Below, in pieces: positions 10,901 through 24,489 of a stretch of 64,000 bases of DNA (position 1 is its first letter; each line of letters starts with the position of its first letter). Source of the DNA: Okamejei kenojei (taxonomy: Eukaryota); NCBI GenBank assembly GCA_035221665.1, contig CM069144.1, positions 57,660,001 through 57,724,000 on the forward strand, given 5' to 3'. A program made the translations under genes and the position numbers. The notes beneath the pieces are model-generated. The model made no database searches, was not told the origin of the DNA, and was given only the letters and a program-made list of their open reading frames with translations.

Positions 10901-13900
10901 ACTATTGAATTAATTTAAGGCTGAGACAGATATATGGACTATAGGAGAGGGGGGGTCAAGCATAATGGGGAGCAAGTAGGAATACAGAGATGATTTCAAG
11001 AATAAATCAGCCATTAATCGATTTGGTGTCTGCAGCCTGAAGCAACTATATGGCTTATTCTCATTGTTAATTTATCATATTAGACCGGTTCCACCATCTA
11101 GGCCCCTAAATGTCAAGTGCAGAAAAATCTATAATAATGGCTCAAAGACCCAATCAACTGAAGAATGGCATCTAAAGTACGTTTAGCCCTGAAATCCACA
11201 AGAAATGGCCCCTGTGGAGAAACTCGGTTTCTCCACAAGAAAGTACTGAGGTTGGTTTGATGAGAATGACTAGGAGATTTATGAGCTTGAAACCATCATT
11301 TATTTCAAGCATACAAAGGGATAGGCTCCCTTTAAAGCATACAATAAAGCTTATAAAGGGAGAGGCTCACATTAAACCTCCGGGAAAGCAATCTAGTACA
11401 CTGCAGTACATTGATTCCTGACAATCTAGATCCAGCTCTAGACCTTGGTCAACAAGGAACACATCCCATATCGTGAAAGGCCTTACTTGGACAGACATGG
11501 GCAATGAAATCCACCACTACTTTCACCATGCCAGCATAGTTTTCAGCCACCCAAGGAAAATATCTTAGGCCTGGCACCAAACTCATAATCTATTGTACAG
11601 CAGTGAATTCCCACCTTCCTGTATGTGTAAGGGGGGATCCAGTTCATGGGGATGGGTGGTATCCTGCCACTGGTACCCTTTGTCCCACATCTGCGTTGTT
11701 TTGAAATTACCACACTTTGACAGTCCTGGTGAAATTCCACTTCCCAAAGGTTGTGGTGTAGCTAGACCTTTCCCCGTGTCACCAAGGATGGAAATATCTA
11801 ACTAGCCTAAATGATAAAACGTTTCTTGCATGGACCCCATACAATGAATCACATCAATGGTGCATCACATTTTTGCGGAGAATACTAATTCACAATTCAA
11901 GCACCTTCTGAAAGCCACCGACAAGAAATGCGTTTTATTTTACCCAAATGTAAGCGTGTACAGATAGGTTTGGTCATGCGCTGATTTTCACTGCTTCATT
12001 GACTGCCTCCTTGATACTCTACTTGCCTTGTCCCCAGTGCTCCTTTCCATCTTGCCAATTACATCAGCATTTCCCATTCATTGTTGAAAACATTTGAATA
12101 ACATGAACCACAAATAGTACTTCAGTCAATGGAAATTGGAAAGTAAGCACGATGAGCATTATGCATCATTCATTATAAGCAAATCCTGCAAAGTGGCCAA
12201 GGTGCATGGATTGGTGTAAAATAGACCCATGGTTCATTGCCCTTTACTTTGCTTACTGTATTTACATAAGACCAGTCCCAACCTGCAGCCTGTGTGATCC
12301 ATGATCATAAAGTTACTGACGTTTGTGCAGTTATTCACGACCGTTCTCCAAATGCAACAATGTCCTTCCAAGCTGAAGAAAGGAGCATGGACCCTGAGAA
12401 GGCTACAAAACTGCAGTACTAATTTTCCACTCAAGAAACATGCAAATATGTGAAATTAAACTCTGTTTTCTTATTCCCTTTTGTAAGATGTTCCAGAAAG
12501 AAATAAGGGAGTGAGGGAAAACAATAATTTCATGTAACCTTCTTTCCCATATTGTTGGCCAAAATATTTTGCATTCCTCATTTGTTATCATCGTTAAAAG
12601 CCTTGGGTATTTTTTTCCCCATTTCCACTTGACTGAGAGATTGCCTAGTGAGTTCTGTCACAGGTGGTTAAATATGTGCAGAATATTAGGTTTTCAATTC
12701 CACTGCGGTATGGGAATTAAAAAAAATTAAGTTCTAACTAGTCAGTAATGTTGGGAAATATCCTGGAACTTATAATGAATGTCTGAAAGAAATTACAATT
12801 CCATTCCTCACCCACAAACTGATTGTTTGATTTGATTTAATGTTAGAGGGAGAGTTCGATACATTGTAAACACTGGTTAACCGGTGGAAATGATTTAACG
12901 GTTTCTGTTTTAAAGAGCAGAACTAATTATGAAACTTTTCTCTAATAACTTAGAAACATAGAAACTTCTATGCAATCTCATTATTTATCAGAAACCACAT
13001 TATATTTTTCTTTAACCACAATCAGCTTTCTTTGGCATTATTATTAAGCATAACTAGAGTAGTTATTCCACAGAGTATGTTTTCATAAATCACAATGATT
13101 AGGACTCTACCCTGCTTTACCCAAGGTCATAATTAGTAGTATTCTGCTTGTGCTGACTCTTGGGATTCATTTTAAATGTCACGGGAATGTCAGGCTTGTT
13201 ACTTCCCTTTATTCAAAATATCATTAAAGTACTAAGAGACTGTCGCAAGTTTGTTTCCTCCGTCATAATAATCCCAATTTTTTATTTGTTCCACCAGAAT
13301 ATTTGTTCCTGGCATTTAAATGTTGAGGAATTAATGGAAAATGAGCAAATGGAAAAAAAATCACTAAGGGCTGTGACATATAACATTGGAGGAGCAGGGA
13401 GCTCAAGGTTTCAGGTAGCCCTGTGAATAACTTGAGTCTTCAGATGACTTTGTTTGGAATCCAAATTCGGCAGAAGTTCCATTCTCTTTGTGCGGTTCTT
13501 GACAGCAGATACGAATGATTGTCACAGATAGCACCTGAAATTTATGTTAAAAAAAATTAGCAATTCAAAGGAGTTTATTAATTCATTCTACCGTTATGAA
13601 TAAAGTAAAATTTCCTAAATAAAATATATAGAGTGCACTCACACCATTGGCAAGTCTATAATCATCTGATGATTAGTTTTAGTTAAAACTAAAGTTACTT
13701 AGAGATGCATATATGTAATTTATGAAAGATCATTATAAAATATCTTCCTGCTGTATGTTGAGAATAGAGTGTAGTACAGTGTATTGTGTCTGTGACAAAC
13801 AATAATCTTGTCTCAACAATGGTTATTTTCAGTTTGATGTACAATAGTAATTTTATTGGTAAAAATCTGAATTAATAGAAGAAGATATGACCAACCTTTA

Positions 13901-13912
13901 TAAGGCCTTGTT

Positions 13913-14038
13913 TTAAACGGGTGGAAGTTGAAATATTTTAACAGTGGCTGGTCCTTTCCCAGTTGTAGTCAAGACTTGAACCTGAATCCAATATGTGGTT
14001 GAAGGTCGAAGTTTGGAGATTGTTGTAAAAGGCTGATC
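13913..14038 (-). CDS. ANOS1: Anosmin exon 13 equivalent, end of FNIII-4; reads to a TAA stop as assembled
   Basis: CAG acceptor at 14040-14039; DQPFTTISKLRPSTTYWIQVQVLTTTGKGPATVKIFQLPPV* (human [36 protein letters not shown]). Confidence 0.88.
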   Translation of the reverse strand, partial: DQPFTTISKLRPSTTYWIQVQVLTTTGKGPATVKIFQLPPV

Positions 14039-15215
14039 CTGAAAATACACGATTATAGTTGAGCAATCAGTGGAAGATTAATCATTTATAATCTAACCTA
14101 GGTCTCAGATGTTTAAAAACATTGAATCGTGGTAAATTGGTTAAATATCCAGGACATGCTAGAGGTAGCAATATACAAATCCCCAACAGCAAAGGTCACT
14201 GAAGAAATATACAAAGGATAGGTACAGTCAGAAGTAAAGGGAATTACTTAATAAAGCTAGGCAATGTCTGCCCACTAAATCAGTCCTCACATTCTATTGA
14301 CATTAACATCTGAGTAGCTTTATGATTCTGGATATAATTTATAGTATGGTGAACCATAAATAAGGGACAAAAGGTAAAAGTCATCAGTGCCAGCACAGCC
14401 AGAGAGCATATGTGCCAAATTAAAGCTGCTGCTCTTTATACCTGTAAAGGTGGTAAAGAGTCACCAGCCTTAATAACACGTAATATGGAGATTCAGACCT
14501 TTGATTTTTTTCCCAGAATGGAAAATTTCAGTTTAAACTGAATTATCAAGGATGTTGCTTTTCTTACAGTAGAAACGCAAGTTGCATGTGTTGTGATCGT
14601 AGAGGGATTGCCATGAAAGTCTACAACATAGATTAGAGTCTGTTTTATGTCTTTGCAAAAACAATTTTAACTGAATCTTTCTGTTGCTCCTTATGTTACT
14701 CAGTGTCAGTTCTACTTCAAATATCTGTCCACTAAAGGAAGCTTTACAACTCATGCCTAAACCACTTCCTGCTGTAAAATATTCTATGCTCTGAAGTCCT
14801 TCCATCTAGAAGATTTTCCAAACTTCTCTCTTCCTCCTGCAGGCAGTTTTAAATTGTTCACTATTCAGCACTGATTTGCTCAGCACAGGAAATAGTCTCT
14901 CTTTAATCACAACCAAAAACATCCTCACTTTGGAAACTATTTGGGATTCTCCACAGAAGTAATTTAAGTAATTAAATGTTTCCCTTATAGATGTAACTTT
15001 TCATCCTGCTATCATCCTGATGAACCGACACCAAATGCTTTGTTTTATAATATGGTAAATTTATTAAATTAGATGTTAAAGTATTATTTCAGAAAGATAT
15101 AATAATTTTAGAAGCTCATTCAATAAATTCATGTAGGCATGTTACCCACCCACTTTGCATCAATTTAGGGTGTCAAATTACTTCCAATTCCTTTACATAA
15201 TATCAGTAACACTAG

Positions 15216-15422
15216 AAATAGACACAAAATGCTGGAGTAACTCAGCGGGGTAGGCAACATCTCTGGAGAGAAGGAATGGGTGATGTTTCGGGTCTGAAGA
15301 AAGGTCTCGACCCGAAACATGACACATTACTTCTCACCAGAGATGGTGTCTGTCCTGCTGAGTTATTCCAGCATTTGTGTCTTTATTTTCGGTTTAAGCC
15401 AGCATCTGCACTTCCTTCCTAC
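15216..15422 (+). mobile_element. Fold-back Penelope-derived mini-element with central hammerhead core
   Basis: Inverted arms around GGGT-CTGAAGA-AAGGTCTCGACCC-GAAA; TSD ATATCA(G/A)TAACACTAG at 15200-15215 and 15423-15438. Confidence 0.8.
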
Positions 15423-15534
15423 ATATCAATAACACTAGTGTTTATCAACATCTGTAAATAAAATTGCAAACTTTCCACACAGGTGAAATAAAGCTGAAGG
15501 TTTTCTACCCTTCCCCATGATTCACACCACAAGG

Positions 15535-15755
15535 TACGGAGTTTGCACGTTCTCCCCGTGACTGCGTGTTTCCTCCGAGAGCTTCGGTTTCCTCCCACAC
15601 TCCAAAGATGTATAGGTTTTTAGGTAAATTTGCTTTGTATAAATGTTAATTGTCCCTAGTGTGTGTAGGATAGTGTTCATATGCAGGGATTGCTAGTCGG
15701 CGCAGACTCGGTGGGCCGAAGGGCCTGTTTCCGCACTGTACTTAAAACAAAAAAA
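15535..15755 (+). mobile_element. 5'-truncated HE1-like SINE
   Basis: V-domain and GGGCCGAAGGGCCTGTTTCC tail. Confidence 0.85.
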
Positions 15756-15767
15756 CTACAAACTTAC

Positions 15768-16006
15768 TGGTGGCAGTATCTGAAACTGGGAAATGGTCTT
15801 GTTCGGCATGACAACCGGTCTGTTAGCAGTTAATATCTCTGACCAATTTATTTGGTACCCAGTGACTTGCTGATGATGTTGGCTTCGTAAAACCTGCCAG
15901 TGAAACTCTCCATTGACTGAGCCATTTTTGGCAACAAAAGTCGCAGTTAATTTTTCTGCTTTCAATGTAACCTTTCGGGAAGTTTTAATGGATGTCTGGC
16001 GAAGAC
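15768..16006 (-). CDS. ANOS1: Anosmin exon 12 equivalent, FNIII-4
   Basis: CAG acceptor, GTAAGT donor; 239 bp; GLRQTSIKTSRKVTLKAEKLTATFVAKNGSVNGEFHWQ...VTGYQINWSEI...MPNKTISQFQILPP. Confidence 0.92.
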
Positions 16007-17439
16007 CTGAAATCAAAACATAAGAATCTTAGCATTGTTCACTTACATGTTTATCTCATAATGCACAAATATATATGCATATATTTTTCTTCTTATTGAA
16101 GTTATTTAGATAATCTGCAACAGTACATAAAAATACTTGCCATTATACATTTGTCTTCCATTTTTACCTCTTGAAAAGAACTTAAATAAATTAGAATACC
16201 ATAAAAATGAACTGAATGTAATCAGAACCACACTTCTAGTCTGCCGCTAGGAATAAGCAACTTCATTCAACTAAATCTGTATTCAGACAAAACCTGCTTT
16301 GTTTCCTTCTCATGCATTTATTTATTTAATGTCTGTGAACACTGCATCCAATTCCCACCATCTCAGAATACTATCATCAGCAGCATGCAATTGATAATTT
16401 ATATACCATAATACAGTATCACAAGACATGGTTTGTCCTCAAAGGTTCATAGGTGTAGATTTGAAGCTTAAAAATTTTGAAATGTTTTCCTGTACCAAAA
16501 CAACGATTATGCATTGTAAGCAATATGGGTTATCATAAAACTAGTGATGCAACTAGTAGAATTAATGAAAGAAATGTCAGATCTGAGTTAAGTAGTAAAT
16601 AATGACGGCTTCCAATGTTGGAAATAAACACCCCTTATTCTCTAGTGCTTTGTTTTATGAAAACATGAAAACAAAGGAAAGAATATGATATTAATGCAGG
16701 CAGAAGAATTTAGTGCAGTGGAGAACAGCTGCTGTTCTGCATTCACAGTATGTTTGTTAAAATATGTCATCTTGAATCATTTATACTATTTCACATCCAC
16801 TTGCCAGTCACAAACAAAACTAGGACTAATGGCTGCATCCACTCCAACCGGCAAATCATCCTGGTCTAGGACTAAGCTTTTTTAGACTTCACTCTGCCTT
16901 GCTTGTTTTAATGAAGATTATTTTTGCTTCTCTTCGGTGATTGAAGGCTTGTTGTGTGGGGAAGGTTAGAGAAGTCATTGTTGGGTCTGATACAGAACCA
17001 AGAGCTGAAGTTCTATACAGAGACATGAATTTAATGCAGCTGGGGCTTTTAAAATCAAGTAATTACCTACATCTAAAATTATACTGCTTCAGAAATGGTG
17101 AAATTTGTATAATAATGTTAGGCCAATGGGCTTCACCAATATTCTTCAGGAAGGAAACCTGCCATTCTTATCCAGTTGGACCTACAGTTGACTCTAGACC
17201 CTGAACTTTCCTGTTCAGTTTATGGGCCACTAGAGATCGGCAGCTTATGCCAACATCACCAGTTAAGTTCACATCTTGGATGCATAAATAAAAACAATAG
17301 ACTTCCAGCTTAACAAACCAACTATCCCCCCCCCCCACCAATTTACTGTTTTCACAACTTGCCTGAAGTTTGAATTGGATGAGAAGTAGTACACAAAGTT
17401 GAAGCAGTGAGGCAGTGAACATAAGAATATTGATGACAT

Positions 17440-18010
17440 TACATAGAACATAGAACAGTACAGCACATGAACAGTTCCTTCAGCCCATAATATCTGTAGC
17501 AAACATGATGCCAAGACCATAATTTATCTACCCATGTGTAATGCATATCACTCCATTCCCTGCATATTCATAACTCTATCTAAAAGTCTTTAAATGTCAC
17601 TAATGGATCTGCACCAAACACCACCCTGGCAACACATTCCAGGCACTCACCAGCCTCTGTAAAAAACCTGTCCTGCACATCTCCTTTAAAACGTTGCTCC
17701 TTTCACCTTAAAGCTGTCCTATAGTATTTGATTTTTCCATCCCGGGAGATTCCGACTGTCTTTCCTATCCATGCCTCTCATAATTTAATTGATTCTATCA
17801 GGTCTCCCTACAACCTCCGGCATTCCAGAAAAAAAACAATTCAAGTCTGTCCAACCTGTAGCTAATATCCCCTAATCCAGGCATCATTCTGGTAAAATTC
17901 CTCTGCACCCTTCCACAACATTCGTCTAATGGGGCGACCAGAACTGCACACAATATACTAAATACGCCTAACCAGTGTCCTATAGAGCTGCACCATGACT
18001 CTTACACTCT
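17440..18010 (-). mobile_element. CR1/HER1 LINE 3' fragment
   Basis: CATAGAACATAGAA tail; CCAGAACTGCACACAATA (EYCVQFW) motif. Confidence 0.75.
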
Positions 18011-18404
18011 ATACCCCTTTTTACAGTAACACTTTAAACAGTTGTTAGATGGGTGTATTGCTTTATATGAGAACTGAGAATTGTATGGAAGTCAGTTATT
18101 GCACTTGAAGATATTGCTTTAAGTTGATGCAGTTATTCAGAGAGAATGATTTCAGATTACTGATTTTCAAACCTCTTTCCAGATATTCCTCTGTACATTA
18201 TGTCCTGGCAGTCCAGAAAATATCTTAGTACATTAGTTTCTCTGCTTTTAAGTACATACGCAAGGCAAATGCCAAACAGTCAAAGTTTAAGGCATATATG
18301 AAATGTTACAGAGCTTAAGTGATTTTATGGGTCGAACACTGATGCTAGAGTTCGAAAATACTATTGCATAGAATGAGCAAGTAATTAAATGTAAGTAGAT
18401 ACAT

Positions 18405-18700
18405 CGAGTCATAGAGTCTTGCAGCATGGAAACAGGCTCAACAAGTTGCGGCCCAACTTGACCACACCGGCCAACATGTCCTATCTACAGTAGTCCCACC
18501 TGCCTGTGTTTGCCCCATATCCCTCTAAACCTGTCCTATCCCTGTACCTATCTAAATGGTTTTTAAATATTGCAATAGTACTTGCCTCAACTACCGCCCC
18601 CGGCAGCTCGTTCCATACACCCACCACCCTGAAAAGTTACCCCTTAGGTTCCTATTTAATCTTTCACCCCTTACCTTAAACCTATGTCCTCTATTTCTCG
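18405..18700 (-). mobile_element. CR1/HER1 LINE 3' fragment
   Basis: RGHRFKVRGERLNRNLRGNF in ORF 18591-18782; tail resembles the SINE tail. Confidence 0.75.
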
Positions 18701-18770
18701 AAGTAAGTTCAGAAAATGTAGCCGGGGTCACATGACAACCATACAGTGAAACCTTTCCAAACATACTCAC

Positions 18771-18942
18771 CCTTTTTTGCACAAAATAGGCGTTTTAACA
18801 CTTTGGCTTTAATTGAATTGCTGCAATGTGGAGTTGTCACATAGGTTATGGCCTGCGGTGCCTGTCCCTGGAGAATGATGGGTTGCACTGTCACCTTATA
18901 GTCACAAGCAAATAAGAGACCACTGATAATGAAATGAGTGCC
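18771..18942 (-). CDS. ANOS1: Anosmin exon 11 equivalent, FNIII-3 C-terminal part
   Basis: CAG acceptor, GTGAG donor; 172 bp; GTHFIISGLLFACDYKVTVQPIILQGQAPQAITYVTTPHCSNSIKAKVLKRLFCAKK. Confidence 0.92.
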
Positions 18943-19499
18943 CTGAAGGAAAAAAAAATCAATAAATAGCAGAATGAAGAATATCAGGTTGTTTTTCTAT
19001 TTAGATTCAACATTAGATGCAAAGAGAAGCAATTAATAAAGCTGCACCGTCTAATGTTTACTGAACAGCAAAAGCAAACACATCCGTCTTTGCTCTGGCA
19101 ACATTACACCAGATTCTTATATATGTTGATATAATTTCAAAAACATAGGCATTCCTGCATGTGAGTAGCACTGAAATTTATGATGTATTTAGAAAAATAA
19201 TTAAACAGCCCCATTTCTAGACTACATCTGGGATTCAGCCACGTGATCCGGAATATCTGGAATCAAGGTGCAGAATAAAATCAATTTAAGGAACCCCCAA
19301 ATTGGTAAAAATGCATTCTGGTAATTGTTTTTCTTTGAAGAAATCAGTCACTTCTTCAGACTCAAGAAGGGTCTTGACCCGACACGTTACCCATTCCTTC
19401 TCTCCAGAGATGATGCCTGACATCTCTGGTTATAAAAGGCTTGAATGCGGAACAACAAATAATTTGGAAAGTTAACTGTTTGATTAATTTGAAAAGAGA

Positions 19500-20040
19500 A
19501 ATGAATTCACATGTGGGGAGGTTATGCTTCAATTATATGGACTATTGATAAGAGCTCATCTGGATAACTGAGCAGTATGATGTCAATGCATTGGATGTTG
19601 ACCAAAGGAAGTTTGCAAAACTGATACATGAAATAGATGTGTTATTCTTTGAGGAGTGGGTAAGCTAGGCTTCTATCCAATGGATTTGGGAGTGAGAGGG
19701 GCATGATTGAAGCATGCAAGATGATGAGGGGGTAGAGCAGATGCAAAAAGGATCTTACCTATTGTGAGGCAATCTACAACCTAGAGTCACTTCAAAAATC
19801 ATTAGTCACCTGTTTAAGTCTGTGACGAAGTGAATTGTTTTCTTTCACTCTTCCTCAAAATGTGGTGGAAACAGAGTCTTTGAATATTTTTGAAGCATAG
19901 GTAGATACTTAATAAGCAATGGGGTAAAAGTTACCATGGGTGGACTAGAATGTGAAGTTGAAATTACACTCGGGTGAGTCATAATTTTATTGAGTGGTGG
20001 AGCAGATTCAGGGGGCCAAGTAACCTACTCCTAATTGTGT
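19500..20040 (+). mobile_element. Old, degenerate CR1 3' fragment
   Basis: Colinear remnants of the CR1 RT C-terminus and 3' UTR. Confidence 0.55.
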
Positions 20041-21611
20041 ATTGCGTACCTATCTGTGGGGTTCGCATACAGGATTAAATATCATGAGGGTGGCACTGGA
20101 TACTTTTGTGCACTTTCAGTGCCTCTGTGTTTTAGTGTGTCAGGTGCATAGAGGGCGCAGATTATTTACAGATTACAGCATGCGTTAGATCAGACATGAT
20201 TGAATCGTGGAGTAGATTTGATGGGCAAAAATTGCCTATTTCTGCTCCTATCACTTATGAACACGAGTTCCAAATTTCAATTAATGAAAGATTTTCACAA
20301 AATTCAAATCACTTTTTTAAATGGATTCTCAGATTGTGGACATTACTGGCACCATTAGTATTTAATGTCCATCCATAATTGTGGCTGAACAGAGGAATTG
20401 GGTAAAAATCAACACACTGATGGGTGTGAACTCACATACAGGGCAAGCAAGATGGAGGATTTCCTTTGCGGAAGGACATCAAGAAACCAAATGGGGTTTG
20501 ATGAAAAGCCAGTAGTTCCTTGGTTACTGAGACCATCGCTTAATACATGATTTAAATAATTACTCAAATTTACACAAATAATTACTCAAAGCCCTGGTGG
20601 GATTTAAACTTGTATCTCTGAATCAATCATCCAAATTGCTAGCTACTAGTCCAAACAGTAACATCCATCGTGGCATATTTTAATTTTGTGCAATGTAATA
20701 GAGCAGTTGTTAAGACGACAAGAATGGGTGGATGCTGCCGGTTTAGTGGAGAGCGTTTGGTAGGATAAACTGAGCAGTGGTAATGGTCAGTTTATGTGTG
20801 ATTACATACCTTATTTAAATTATTTTTTCAGGTGGAAGAATGAGCAAGGGAACTCAAAAAAGATTTAAGGATAGATCCATTGTTCTAAAGTGAACACATT
20901 TCAGATATTCCTTGATGTCTTTATGGGAAGAAACCAAAGATAGATCTTGATAATGTTATTGGTAAGGCACACTGATTACAGACTTGTGACATTGAGTTTT
21001 CCCTGTTATTGTGTTTGGAAAATGGGTATCCTAGATGGATGTGGAGGCAATTTGTGACACTATTCCTATTTAAAAAGATCCAAAATACAGTTACTTTTAA
21101 AATACTAGTCCTGAACATTGACATGGAGATTCATCCAATGAATGTTTATTAAAGTAACGCAATCTATTAAGAGACTTCTTCAGACCTTGGCAAGAAAATA
21201 ATTTTATTTAAAAGTGCCTAGGATTTTGTTAGTGCAATGCTCTGTGCACTACTGAACAGGCCTTACACAAAGTAAGAAGCTTCCTTCTTTAAATATTGTA
21301 GGGTTATGACAGGAGATTCATATACAGGATGGAGAGCATAAGGTATGTGTGGAAAGAGGGAGTGGCAGATTGAAAGACCGCTACCATCATTCTGGTATCC
21401 ATCAGTACTGGTATAAGGTTTCTTCTATTTTTGTGGGTCAAGGGACTGCTGGGGCAATTGTGGAGGGGAGGCTGGTGGTAGGGAAGGGCTGAGGGCATAA
21501 AGGTAAATTATGTTAAAGGGACCTACCTAATTCAAATTCACAGTGATTGTTTGAAACATGCCCAGGTATGTCCACTTTAAGATATACAGAAGCCAGCTTC
21601 ACTGGCACGAG

Positions 21612-21629
21612 TGGCCTGCAGATGGCGCA
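21612..21629 (+). promoter_or_regulatory. Candidate CTCF site
   Basis: TGGCCTGCAGATGGCGCA resembles the CCAGCAG(A/G)(T/G)GGCGC consensus; motif only. Confidence 0.35.
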
Positions 21630-23419
21630 GTCAAGCCTTAAATCAGTGAAAATCCAGAAATGGTATCTAAGCACATATCCCACATTGTTGGAAGACACTG
21701 TCAATTCCAGGATCCATGATTTAATTTGCTGTTCTATTAGTTGCACAGCACAGAAACACTTGGAACTACACAGTTCAATTCTGGGCATTATTATGTATTG
21801 AGCCTTTTTCCAGGTACTAACATATTGAATGAATTGTGGCTTTGAATTGGAACAACAGAGGATGCAATGCTCTGAAATGATTTCTAATCCTGTAAAGAAG
21901 TAGAGTTCATTAAAATAATTTATTGTTTTAGTAGTAAGGAAGACAAATAAAACTTTTAAGAATCGTAGGTAGGATATTTTTAAATTTAATTTTGGTTCTT
22001 ATTTAATAATTTCTTCAATTTTTAGCCGGAATGTTTGGTTGTGGATAGGTACCTAACTTCACGCTAATAGATAGGTAGATAAGTACTAACTTCAAACTAA
22101 TATCTGTACAATATCAGCAACAAGACTGCATTCACCCTCAACACCTTCAAAAGCACTCTGCCAGACTGCCTGTGTACATGCCCCTAAAATGTAATGGAAA
22201 GAATGCTGTTTGTGATCAAAAGACCAGTTTCCTATGTGACTAAATAATTTACTTTACTAGTTGGGTAAATCCTCTGTCAACATAAGAATGATGGATGCAT
22301 ACACTGGGTTCTTTAAACAGTGTTGTATGATAGGTTTCAGTGAACAAGCGATCCATCTGTACTTTATTATAAACAGATGCCAACTTCAAACATGTTGTAA
22401 TATGACCAACGTCACTGGCTGCAATTTCACAGTTAACCGTGAAAAATAGAAGTATTGCCCTTGACAAACTTAAGAAATTCCCTCAAAATGTATCCAAGAA
22501 CACTCCGATTCATAAAAGAAAGCTACAGCCACAGCGTATTCTGAAAAATCCTATTGTTGCAGCAATTTGTAATCCAACGGATTTTGATTCAACCCCAACT
22601 ATCATTCAGATGGAACTTTAAAGATGCTTAAGAAGAAATATTACAATTTCATTCACAACTGAAGCATTAAGCGGTTGGACGGGAATGCAAATTGCAATTG
22701 CATTTATAAGGGATTATTCAGTGAAGAGTTACAACAGTCCTCGCAGGATGACAAGGACCAATTAAGGATAAACTAAATACACGGGTATTTTTATACTGCT
22801 GTACGTTTAGTAAAGAAGTTTTACAAAATAATTTTTAGTTCAGAGAACGAAAATTGAAATATGTTCAGAAAGCTTGAAGTCATATCAAAATAAATTAAGT
22901 TGATCATAGGTTCAGCTTTTTAGCCAGGCAATGGCTGTAAAGAATATCAACTGGATGAATTGAAATAGATGGGTATTTTACAATGTCATGGTGGCATCTT
23001 TTACTAAGGCTCTGAACTATATTGCTGGATTCATAGAGAATATTTCAACCATGTTAACTCTGTGTCTCCGTCTCTTTCCAGCTAATTGCTTCACATCATT
23101 TTCTATTTTAAACTGTGATCAAACATTCACGTTTTCCCTCATGCAATGTAATCTGGATATTGTGGAAAATGCGTCGGTGAGTTGGTGATAAACTTTGAAA
23201 CATCTGACCCCCTTTGAAACTTTGTGCCTGTAAATGCTGTTTTTTTAAAAATGAACGAAAAGGTCTGGTGAACAATCGTGCAATACTACTCATTTAAACC
23301 ATAAGGGGAAATAATGGAGAAGCCAAGTCCTTTTCATAGAAATAGACAGGAACATTAAAACAATACTTTCTTCTTGAATTTTACGATATTTAAAAACCAA
23401 TCAGGTGTGTATTCCCAAC

Positions 23420-23514
23420 CTTGACAGTTGCATGTTGCTGCATTTGTGAATTGTTCTTGGCACAAGATTCTGGCATCCATGTTAGCAGGTAGGTATTGTG
23501 ATCCTTGAGATTCT
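23420..23514 (-). CDS. ANOS1: Anosmin exon 10 equivalent, FNIII-3
   Basis: Polypyrimidine tract plus CAG acceptor, GTTGG donor; 95 bp; ENLKDHNTYLLTWMPESCAKNNSQMQQHATVK (human RYHVRWFPEACAHN); phase 1 to 0 fits. Confidence 0.85.
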
Positions 23515-24254
23515 CTGAGGGAAACAAGGAAAGATTCTACATTGATATAAAAGCACAGGCATGCACACACACAACACGCACGCACACACATAAAAGTCAC
23601 AACTTCAATTTGCTTTTTAATTGAATTACTGACCTCAGGCAGATAACTGCATGGTAAAATATACAGTGTGCACTGCATTCAGCTCACCAACAAAACTGGT
23701 GCTGACGTGCTGTGCTTCACTTCCAAGTTGGTTAATCTTTTTTTATGTGAGGAGACAACACTGTCTACTAGCATTAGGGTAATACAAAAATTAAGTTTAA
23801 AACTTGCAGAGTTCTTTTTGAAGTGTGAGTTCATACTAGGGCAAAGCACAAGTAATGCCAGGCCATCTAAGATGTGCTGTCAACAGCCAAGTTGACTGCT
23901 AATTTCCCATGAATGCACTGATGTACATTGGGAAAACTCACTGCCCAGATGCAAATGAGAAAGTAAAGAGAAGTCATTCATTTTGGACTCTCTTTGGAAT
24001 CAGACTTGCAAAAATATCACTTTGTGGCCCAGTTCACAGCATTAATTATTTTTAACTCCTTTGTAAGACTGCTAATCATTTATAACAGTGCAGGAAACAT
24101 TCTTGTATGACCAATATTCTGTTATGTTGAAGCTGATGACCATCAGCAAGCTGTCTAACAATAAATATCCCTCTTTCTCAATAGTCGTTTCATTTCTGAT
24201 TGAGGATAAAAGAGAAAAATTTCCACTGAAATTTAAATTAAAAAATCCTCACCT

Positions 24255-24272
24255 TAGTGCCCCCTGCTGTGA
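24255..24272 (-). promoter_or_regulatory. Candidate CTCF site
   Basis: Reverse complement CACAGCAGGGGGCACTA is a strong consensus match in non-repetitive intron sequence. Confidence 0.45.
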
Positions 24273-24489
24273 ACATCTCCTTCTATAGATGCCCATTACT
24301 GTACAGCTCATGGCGCTGACTTCTCCCTCCTAACAATGATGTGTGCTGAATGCAGCTGAAGCACCAATCTTGGTACATGTATTAAGTATCATAGCGATCA
24401 AAAGTGTTATTTCAGCACATCAACGTTCCACATTATTAGATTTTGTGTGGCAGCCTGGCTCTCATTGCATGCACGATGCCTGCATTTTT

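Noticed and set aside
13441-13534. Terminal coding exon 14 of the anosmin gene
   Set aside because: The acceptor is plausible but no frame resembles the His/basic human tail and the upstream stop is unresolved; not listed as a feature
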